From IMG/VR virus record IMGVR_UViG_3300028804_000002, positions 84,086 to 148,085 of that record: a stretch of DNA of 64,000 nucleotides; one strand, given 5' to 3'. Of the stretch, positions 56,980 to 64,000 are shown piece by piece. The translations under genes were made by a program, and so were the position numbers. Under the pieces are notes generated by a model. That model worked only from the letters and a program-made list of their open reading frames with translations, was not told the DNA's origin and did not search any database. The stretch is from a virus. Taxonomy: Duplodnaviria > Caudoviricetes. Each line of letters begins with the position of its first letter. Within the stretch, counting starts at the first letter, position 1.

Positions 56980-58188
56980 ATGAAACCTAAAAATACTCAA
57001 ATAAATTCAGGCTGTCCTGAAGCATTATCTTCAAATTGTGTAGTTTGGACAGGACAGGACATACCTTGTTTAGGTATATCTCATGGTGATAGAGTAAGTG
57101 AAGTAATCTGTGGAATAGCTAATAAAGTTTGTAATATATGTAAAGATATAGATGTTAGTCAATTAGATCTTTCATGTCTTATAGATCAATGTGATTGTGA
57201 AGGATGTCCAGAAAATAGAAGTGTTGTTACTGTATTACAATGTTTACTTGATAATCAATGTAAACTCCAAGAGTTAATAGGAGTTGGCGGTGATGATGAT
57301 TGCTGCCAAATTACTGTTAATATGAAGTGCTTGAAGAAATTTGATGATTTTGGTAATGAAATACCTCAAGATTTAAATGCAGCACTTCAATCAATTATAA
57401 ATGAAGTTTGTACTCATAGAACAACTTTAGTATTTTTACAGGAACAAATAGATGATTTACAAGATCAAATTGATCATATAGTTATTCCTCCTGCTTATGA
57501 AGAACCAGAAATTACAACTTGTTTAACTCCAACACCTACACCAACAAGTGATGTAGTACCTATAGTTACTCAAAATTATTGTGATTATAAAGCTCTTAAT
57601 GGTACAGAAGCTCAAATAACTCAAGCTATATCCAAACAATGTCCTGGATTAGATACTGATCTTGTATTGGTACCTGATTGGATTATAGGTCCATCTACAG
57701 GAGCACAATCTCTTAATAATCTTTGGATTGCATTTTGTAATCTTAGAGATAGAGTAATAACAATTGAAGAAAATTGTTGTAAAGTTACTTGTAAAGATGT
57801 TTTGATAGGATTTACTGCAGTATTTAACGAAGATAATGATGGTGTGATACTTACATTTAGTGCAATAGCCGGAACAGATATACCAACAGGATTTACAGAT
57901 CTTGGATCTATTATAACTATTACAGATATAGCTGGAAATTCAATACAATTTACAACAGCTGCTCCTGATCTTATAGCTAATAATGCTGTTATAGAAATAA
58001 TAACAACTGGATTATTAACTACTGGAGATTTTAATATAAATGTACAAGCTAATATAGGTAATGGTTCATTGACATGTAGTAAGTGTGTGAATAAAACAAT
58101 AATGAGAGATCCTTGTAGATTCTGTGTACTTACTGCTACAGATACTGTAACTATTATATATAAAATTTGTCCAACAGCGACAACCTAA
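56980..58188 (+). CDS. Cys-rich fibre-like structural protein
   Basis: SSNCVVWTG.DIPCLGI..GD motif, many Cys. Confidence 0.6.
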   Translation: MKPKNTQINSGCPEALSSNCVVWTGQDIPCLGISHGDRVSEVICGIANKVCNICKDIDVSQLDLSCLIDQCDCEGCPENRSVVTVLQCLLDNQCKLQELIGVGGDDDCCQITVNMKCLKKFDDFGNEIPQDLNAALQSIINEVCTHRTTLVFLQEQIDDLQDQIDHIVIPPAYEEPEITTCLTPTPTPTSDVVPIVTQNYCDYKALNGTEAQITQAISKQCPGLDTDLVLVPDWIIGPSTGAQSLNNLWIAFCNLRDRVITIEENCCKVTCKDVLIGFTAVFNEDNDGVILTFSAIAGTDIPTGFTDLGSIITITDIAGNSIQFTTAAPDLIANNAVIEIITTGLLTTGDFNINVQANIGNGSLTCSKCVNKTIMRDPCRFCVLTATDTVTIIYKICPTATT

Positions 58189-58200
58189 AAATAAATAAAA

Positions 58201-58884
58201 ATGGCAGAAACAATACCATGTAAATATAAATCTGTAACATTAACGGCTGGAGAAGTATTTGTATTACCGCCTGGAGCTGAAGTTATAAGTGTATCTGATC
58301 TTGGGGCTGTAACAAGTAGTTGTCCTGATCCACTTCCAACTGAAGAAATGTTATGTTATAGAATATCTTGGGTTACTAATATAGATCCTGAAGGAAGTAA
58401 AAGAGTACCAGCTCTTGTAACATTTCCACCATTTGGTGGTGGTCTTGGTACAGCTCATATAGTTATTCCAAATACAGGTAATGCTTGGGAACAATCTGAT
58501 GATGATACTAATAATTTAACAATTAGTAATATTTCTATTGCTGGAACAGTATTTCCATGCGGAGCTGATATAAGTGATCCAGTTGCTCTTGAAGCAAGTA
58601 TAGTGGCATCTTCTGTAGGTGGAATTATGAGTGAAAGAAAATATAATCATTATGATAATATTCAAAGTTTAACAACTGCTGAACAAGTAATGTGGGGAAG
58701 TTTTTGGAGATCTGGTTATACTATTCATTCACTTCATTTTAAAACTATACCTAGTCTTGCACCTACAATATATCTTGAATTTAATTCAGATACAAATGAT
58801 GAAGGTGGTAATATAGGAAGTATTCCAAGATTCTTTGCAAAAGAAGTAGATTGTTCAACATATCCAACAACAACAGAAGCATAA
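58201..58884 (+). CDS. Putative virion protein
   Basis: Acidic, Lys-poor, in structural operon. Confidence 0.55.
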   Translation: MAETIPCKYKSVTLTAGEVFVLPPGAEVISVSDLGAVTSSCPDPLPTEEMLCYRISWVTNIDPEGSKRVPALVTFPPFGGGLGTAHIVIPNTGNAWEQSDDDTNNLTISNISIAGTVFPCGADISDPVALEASIVASSVGGIMSERKYNHYDNIQSLTTAEQVMWGSFWRSGYTIHSLHFKTIPSLAPTIYLEFNSDTNDEGGNIGSIPRFFAKEVDCSTYPTTTEA

Positions 58885-58895
58885 AATAAATAATA

Positions 58896-59489
58896 ATGGC
58901 AGCATGTTCAATAACTACTGGTGGTACTAATGGTACACTTAGAATAGATTATGATTTAGGAGGTGATCACAATGTCTTATTCTCAACATATGGAGATGTA
59001 ATATGGATTGATGATACAGCTACTAATATAACTTATACAACACTTACTGGTGATGTTACTGCATCTTCTGGTTGTGTAACTATAACTGCATTACCTCAAA
59101 TATGTTATACAATAACATATGATAGATGGTCTGGAGATCCAGAACTTATAACTTATAATTCAGAATTTGATGCATTTATGTTAAATAATACTGCTTATGC
59201 ATTTACAACTAATTATACAGATGATATAGCTAATAGTGCATTTTTACCTTATGAAATAAATACAGTATTAGCTAATGATAATTTTAAAATTGTTGCAGCT
59301 AAAGTAGAAAATGTGGATACAAATTATATGAATATATCTTTTGTTGTACGTGTATATGGAAGTGAGATACCATCCTTAAGATTGGTTTCACCTTATGGTA
59401 ATATATCTTATATACGAGGTATAGTATCAGCAAGTTGTTTACCAACAGGATTTTCACCAATACCAGTAGAAGAAACACCTGTTCTTTAA
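58896..59489 (+). CDS. Putative virion protein
   Basis: T/S-rich; N-terminal pattern similar to 58201. Confidence 0.55.
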   Translation: MAACSITTGGTNGTLRIDYDLGGDHNVLFSTYGDVIWIDDTATNITYTTLTGDVTASSGCVTITALPQICYTITYDRWSGDPELITYNSEFDAFMLNNTAYAFTTNYTDDIANSAFLPYEINTVLANDNFKIVAAKVENVDTNYMNISFVVRVYGSEIPSLRLVSPYGNISYIRGIVSASCLPTGFSPIPVEETPVL

Positions 59490-59501
59490 AACTAATTAAA
59501 A

Positions 59502-60056
59502 ATGGCTTGTAACGAAGAATTAAATTGCAATAATTGTCCGAGTTGCGGATGTTGTTGTGAAGAGTGTACTTGTGATCTTCCAGATTATGATAATACTGGA
59601 TGTTTGCAAACACAAGCTTCAGATTGTATAACTTTTAATGGAGACGCATTACCTTGTATACCAATACAAAAAGGTAATACTCTTACAGTAGTTATACAAA
59701 GAATATGGACTTATCTAAAAGATAGATGGAATCATGTTAACTCTAGCTCTTTAGTGGTAACTCCAAGCGGAGGTTCTTGCAATAATGATTTAAATATAGA
59801 AATAGTACCTTCTACAGATGCAAATAATATATTTACATTGGGTACAGATGGACATCCTTATGTGCCATCTCCAACTAGTGGTATAACTGATGTAAATATA
59901 GTAAGTGGAGATTGTATAGTATGGACAAAACAAACAGTAGCTGGAGTAATAACTTATACATATGAAATAGATTGGAATTGTGTCGCATCTCATATATGTC
60001 CTACTTGTGCAGGTGGAACACTTTGTCCAAATCCATTAAATCTTACAGTTAATTAA
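59502..60056 (+). CDS. Cys-rich fibre-like structural protein
   Basis: CNNCPSCGCCCEECTC; SDCITFNGDALPCIPIQKG resembles 56980. Confidence 0.6.
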   Translation: MACNEELNCNNCPSCGCCCEECTCDLPDYDNTGCLQTQASDCITFNGDALPCIPIQKGNTLTVVIQRIWTYLKDRWNHVNSSSLVVTPSGGSCNNDLNIEIVPSTDANNIFTLGTDGHPYVPSPTSGITDVNIVSGDCIVWTKQTVAGVITYTYEIDWNCVASHICPTCAGGTLCPNPLNLTVN

Positions 60057-60058
60057 TT

Positions 60059-61375
60059 ATGGCAACATTCGTATTAAATTGGGATAATAGTTTAGTTCTT
60101 GCGGAACCCAACGCAATAAACCAAAGAGCTTCTTATAGGATAAAAACTACAGGTGGAGCCTTTATAACAGCTGGATTTAGTCCTGCTAATAATCTCGCTA
60201 CTAGTGCTATAACTACTACTTTAGCGGGTGCGACAGATAATAAAATATATGAATTTAAAATTGAAGCTTTGTGTACTGCAGGTGGTCCTACAATGAATGA
60301 TAATGGTATAGTTGAACAAATAGTATTTGCTTGTGTATCCCCTTCTAGTTTAACTCAAACATCTACAACTGTTACTATAAGCTTAGATATGACAGCAACA
60401 GATGTTACTAAAGTTAGATTTAGACTTAGAAGACAAGGAGATGGTTCTCTTGTTCAAACAATAACAACTATATGTCCTGGTGCTATAGGAACTACTAGTG
60501 CTAATTTTACAGCATTATCTCCTAATACAGCTTACTATATAACTGCAGAATTTTATTGTACTATTAATGGAGTTGAAGTAATTAGTTCTAGTTCTGATTA
60601 TCTTAATGCTGTATGTGGTGGTAATATTTCTGGATGGCAAGTAACTACAGATACCCTTGCTACTCCAAATATAGTATTTTCTTGGAATAGAATTAATGGT
60701 GAAACTGTTAATTTAACTAGTAATATAAATGGTTCATTTACTTCAATTGATTGGGGTGATGGAACAGTTAATACATCTTTATCTCATACATATACATCTA
60801 CAGCAAATGTCACTGTAAAAATATATGGTAGTACAGCTACAAATATAACTCTTGCTGATGGAATAGATGCTATTACTTATAATGTTACTGCTTTTACAGC
60901 TATACCTGCAACTGTTACACATTTAGATCTTCATCATAATTTAATAACAACTCCAGTATCATTAACAGCAAATACATCTTTAATATATTTAGATTATAGT
61001 GAAAATTCATTAACTTCGTTTCCAACTATAACAAATAATATATTACTTGAAGAAGTATATTTAAACAATAATAATATATCTGGATCTTATAATTTTGCAC
61101 TTAATACAGCATTAACAATATTAAATTTATCAACAAATTCTATAACTGGAATTAGTGGTATAAGTTCTACAACAGGATTATACAATTTACAAATTGATCA
61201 TAATAGTATATCTGTAACTGATATAAATAATGCTTTGATTGCTTTAGATACCAATGGTATAACAAATGGAAATTTTATAAGTACAATTCAATCTCCATTA
61301 GCTGCTCCAACTGGTTTAGGATCTACAGCTAAAACTAATTTAATTAGTAAAGGTTGGACTGTTGTAACAGATTAA
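60059..61375 (+). CDS. FN3/PKD/leucine-rich-repeat virion protein
   Basis: LSPNTAY (FN3), IDWGDGT (PKD), five LxxLxLxxN repeats, KGWTV cap. Confidence 0.75.
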   Translation: MATFVLNWDNSLVLAEPNAINQRASYRIKTTGGAFITAGFSPANNLATSAITTTLAGATDNKIYEFKIEALCTAGGPTMNDNGIVEQIVFACVSPSSLTQTSTTVTISLDMTATDVTKVRFRLRRQGDGSLVQTITTICPGAIGTTSANFTALSPNTAYYITAEFYCTINGVEVISSSSDYLNAVCGGNISGWQVTTDTLATPNIVFSWNRINGETVNLTSNINGSFTSIDWGDGTVNTSLSHTYTSTANVTVKIYGSTATNITLADGIDAITYNVTAFTAIPATVTHLDLHHNLITTPVSLTANTSLIYLDYSENSLTSFPTITNNILLEEVYLNNNNISGSYNFALNTALTILNLSTNSITGISGISSTTGLYNLQIDHNSISVTDINNALIALDTNGITNGNFISTIQSPLAAPTGLGSTAKTNLISKGWTVVTD

Positions 61376-61424
61376 ACCCGTATAAAATACTGAGTAGAGT
61401 TTTTGGTTTGCTCGCTCAGATACT

Positions 61425-61447
61425 AGGCCCACTTCGGTGGGCTTTTG
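61425..61447 (+). terminator. Intrinsic terminator
   Basis: aggcccac-ttcg-gtgggctttt (UUCG tetraloop). Confidence 0.85.
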
Positions 61448-61461
61448 TATGCGAAAATAAA

Positions 61462-61493
61462 TTTGGCGAATTCGGAAAATTGTCGTATCTTTG
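61462..61493 (+). promoter_or_regulatory. Primary-sigma promoter TTTG-N20-TATCTTTG
   Basis: Canonical -33/-7. Confidence 0.85.
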
Positions 61494-61517
61494 TATAGAA
61501 ACAAAAAAAAACAAATT

Positions 61518-62441
61518 ATGACAGCAGTAAAAGATTTAAAACAATTACTAGAAACCAAACCTTCTTATCTAAAAAAAGGTAAAATTTGGCTAAGTGAAAA
61601 ATACAATATAGCTTTAAGTGAAGTAGAAAAGATATTTAATGAAGTAAAAGGTACAGAATCTAGACCTTCTAGAAGTAGAATGAATTACTTTAGAGATAAG
61701 GTAAAACTTTCAGAAGAAACAACTTATAAACCACCTAAAATCTATAATATAAAAGCAAAACCGAAGAAAAAATCGGATAAAAATGTACTTATTATAGGTG
61801 ATTTACATACTCCTTTTGAAGAAAAAGGTTATTTAGATCATTGTAAAAAGGTTTATGAAGATTTTCAATGCGATGAAGTTGTTTTTATAGGAGATTTAGT
61901 TGATTTACATGCTATTTCTTATCATGAACATGATCCTAATGGAAAATCACCTTATGATGAATATGAATTAGCTGTAAAACATCTTAAAAAGTGGTATGAA
62001 GCTTTTCCAACTGCTAAAGTTTGTATAGGTAATCATGATGCTTTAATTATGAGAAAAGTATATTCAGCTGGATTACCTTCAAATTGGTTAAAATCTCTAG
62101 AACAGATTTTAGAAGCTCCAGATACCTATAAATTTGATATGCATCATGAAATAGATGGTGTTTTATATACTCATGGAACTGGTGTAAGTGGTGATAACGG
62201 AGCTATGAAAATAGCTACTCAGAATAGACAATCTGCTGTTATAGGACATTTACATAGTATATCTAATATAAAATATAGTGCATCTTATAGAGATATAATT
62301 TTTGCAATGACAGTTGGATGTGGTATTGACTATAGGCAATATGCATTTAATTATGGTAAAGATACACCAGCTAAACCAATAGTATCATGTGGAGTTGTGC
62401 TATCAGGGATCATACCTGTAATTATACCAATGCAATTATAA
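61518..62441 (+). CDS. Calcineurin-like metallophosphoesterase
   Basis: GDLH, GDLVD, GNHD, HG, GHLH. Confidence 0.9.
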   Translation: MTAVKDLKQLLETKPSYLKKGKIWLSEKYNIALSEVEKIFNEVKGTESRPSRSRMNYFRDKVKLSEETTYKPPKIYNIKAKPKKKSDKNVLIIGDLHTPFEEKGYLDHCKKVYEDFQCDEVVFIGDLVDLHAISYHEHDPNGKSPYDEYELAVKHLKKWYEAFPTAKVCIGNHDALIMRKVYSAGLPSNWLKSLEQILEAPDTYKFDMHHEIDGVLYTHGTGVSGDNGAMKIATQNRQSAVIGHLHSISNIKYSASYRDIIFAMTVGCGIDYRQYAFNYGKDTPAKPIVSCGVVLSGIIPVIIPMQL

Positions 62442-62442
62442 T

Positions 62443-62877
62443 ATGAGAGATCCAAATAGAAACGATCCAGATTTTATGTTTACTTGTTGTAAATGTAAAA
62501 TACCTAAGAAAAATAGTGAATTTAATAAAAAAGTAGACAAAAGAAGATTTAGACAATATTCTTCTATATGTACAATTTGTGATGGTCGGAGAACCTTAGA
62601 ATGGCAAAGAACATCTATTATTAGAAAAGATTGGCTATTAAGAAATACTTTTGGTATAACTTTTGAAGATTGGATGAAAATGCATAACAATCAAAAAGGT
62701 AGATGTTTAATTTGTAATAGAACTGAGCAAGAAATAGGCAGAAGATTCTGTGTTGATCACTGTCATCAAACTGGCAAAATTAGAGGTCTTTTATGTGATA
62801 ATTGTAATACTGGATTAGGATTTTTTAAAGATAATATAAAATTGCTTAAAAAAGCAATAAAATACTTAAATAAGTAA
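62443..62877 (+). CDS. Endonuclease VII-family homing endonuclease
   Basis: CCKC..CTIC, FGIT, CLIC, VDHCHQTGKIRGLLCDNCNTGLG. Confidence 0.9.
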   Translation: MRDPNRNDPDFMFTCCKCKIPKKNSEFNKKVDKRRFRQYSSICTICDGRRTLEWQRTSIIRKDWLLRNTFGITFEDWMKMHNNQKGRCLICNRTEQEIGRRFCVDHCHQTGKIRGLLCDNCNTGLGFFKDNIKLLKKAIKYLNK

Positions 62878-62915
62878 GATAGTCGTAATTATATAGTGTT
62901 GATTTGTTTTATTTT

Positions 62916-62948
62916 AAGACCTCAGTTAAATACTGGGGTCTTTTTTTT
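62916..62948 (+). terminator. Intrinsic terminator
   Basis: aagacctcagt-taaat-actggggtctt followed by a T-tract. Confidence 0.8.
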
Positions 62949-62994
62949 AATTTTAAAAATTAATTGCTATTATGAACAAAATTCTGTATATTAA
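62948..62994 (+). promoter_or_regulatory. Class-2 promoter with upstream palindrome
   Basis: TAATTTTAAAAATTA then ATTG-N20-TATATTAA. Confidence 0.65.
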
Positions 62995-63031
62995 ATCATA
63001 ATACCTACGTACAAAACCATAAACTTTATAA

Positions 63032-63598
63032 ATGAAAAGGTATAAAATAGTAGATAAAAAAGCACCAAGATTCAGAAGATCAAAGTACAGATATAATATA
63101 ATAAACAGAGATCTTCATGAAAGATTTGTAAAAGAAAGTGGTATAGATATTGAATGGGAGCTTTTTAAACAAATTAATGAATATATAAATATAGAAATAA
63201 GAGATACCATACTCAATTCAAGAGATGGTGTTATTTTACCAAAACAAATGGGTAATATTTGGCTTGGATTATTTAAAATGAAAGAAAGACCATTAAATGA
63301 ACCTTATATGAGAAATACTGGTAATCATGCTACATATTTTTCATTTGAAACATCGGGTTTACAAGGTAAAATTTGTTGGGATTTTGACAATGTTAAATAT
63401 AAAGTTAAAAATTATCCATATTGGGGTTTTATAGCTCACAGAGATTTTAAGACTAAAGCTAGTCATAATTTCTTAGAGAATCCAGAATTATATAGTAGAA
63501 TTAATGCTATAACAAAAAGAGAAGAAATATTAAAACAAATTAAACTAGAAAATGAGTTTAACACTGAGAGAGATAATATCTCAAGTAAAGAATACTAA
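63032..63598 (+). CDS. IHF-like protein of the crAss tail module
   Basis: GVILPKQMGNI...KICW...WGFIAHRDFK; position before ring protein. Confidence 0.55.
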   Translation: MKRYKIVDKKAPRFRRSKYRYNIINRDLHERFVKESGIDIEWELFKQINEYINIEIRDTILNSRDGVILPKQMGNIWLGLFKMKERPLNEPYMRNTGNHATYFSFETSGLQGKICWDFDNVKYKVKNYPYWGFIAHRDFKTKASHNFLENPELYSRINAITKREEILKQIKLENEFNTERDNISSKEY

Positions 63599-64000
63599 TA
63601 AATTTGTTAATGCTGACAATAAAATAACTAACAAATATATATATTCTCTACTTAAAAAACATAGAGATTATCTTATTAAACAGCTAGATGGAAAGTTTGA
63701 ACTTATAAGATTAAGATACTTATTTCAAACATTGAGTTGTGTAGATTTAATACCAGCTCCAACTATAAATGAGTGTTGTGGAGTCAAAAGTCCATGGACA
63801 ATATATAGAACTAAAGAGAAACTTCCTACATTAGTCAACTCAGTTATGGGCCCTTTATTTAGAAGGGTAACAAATATAGATGGAACAGAAGATTTAACAG
63901 AAATAACTCCATTTGAATGGAATAGAAAAATAGAAGATACTAATTTTAAATATAATAAATATTACTATTATTTTTATAGCGATGGTTATCTTTATTTTCC
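63552..64000 (+). CDS. Tail ring/tubular protein, 3'-truncated (absent from ORF track)
   Basis: MSLTLREIISQV...FQTLSCVDLI...YRTKEKLP...YYFYSDGYLYF; open to window end. Confidence 0.65.
   Translation, partial: MSLTLREIISQVKNTNKFVNADNKITNKYIYSLLKKHRDYLIKQLDGKFELIRLRYLFQTLSCVDLIPAPTINECCGVKSPWTIYRTKEKLPTLVNSVMGPLFRRVTNIDGTEDLTEITPFEWNRKIEDTNFKYNKYYYYFYSDGYLYF

Noticed and set aside
1-64000. Stop-codon reassignment as in some gut crAss-like phages
   Set aside because: Terminase, portal and MCP are full length in code 11, TAG and TGA end genes, and there is no suppressor tRNA

Overview
AT-rich segment of a lytic crAss-like (Crassvirales-type) phage of a Bacteroidota host, read in standard code 11. 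It has three blocks. (1) 1-5350 (+): end of a Ser/Thr/Asn/Gly-rich tail-fibre gene, SPRY protein, glycosyltransferase, EndoVII homing endonuclease, SAM methyltransferase, two holin-like genes and a GH24 lysozyme. (2) ~5559-35530 (-): a 30-kb early/accessory block of ~80 mostly small ORFs, many of them membrane proteins. It also holds tmRNA, tRNA-Arg/Leu/Ile2/Cys, a degenerate tRNA-Trp, a perfect type I hammerhead ribozyme and many intergenic modules closed by long inverted repeats (candidate ncRNA arrays). (3) 35755-64000 (+): PhoH, nucleotidyltransferase, YegP, RecA and a PD-(D/E)XK nuclease, then terminase, portal, scaffold, major capsid, auxiliary capsid, Cys-rich structural proteins, an FN3/PKD/LRR protein, metallophosphoesterase, EndoVII and ring protein. 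Two promoter classes with a 20-nt spacer are visible: TTTG-N20-TAnnTTTG (mostly leaderless) and TTTG-N20-TATATTAW (three preceded by a shared palindrome). The strongest candidate novel system is an RNA-level processing/regulatory layer in the early region: the hammerhead-gated acidic ORF plus the stem-closed ncRNA arrays. All protein calls are motif recognition by eye; no database search was run.
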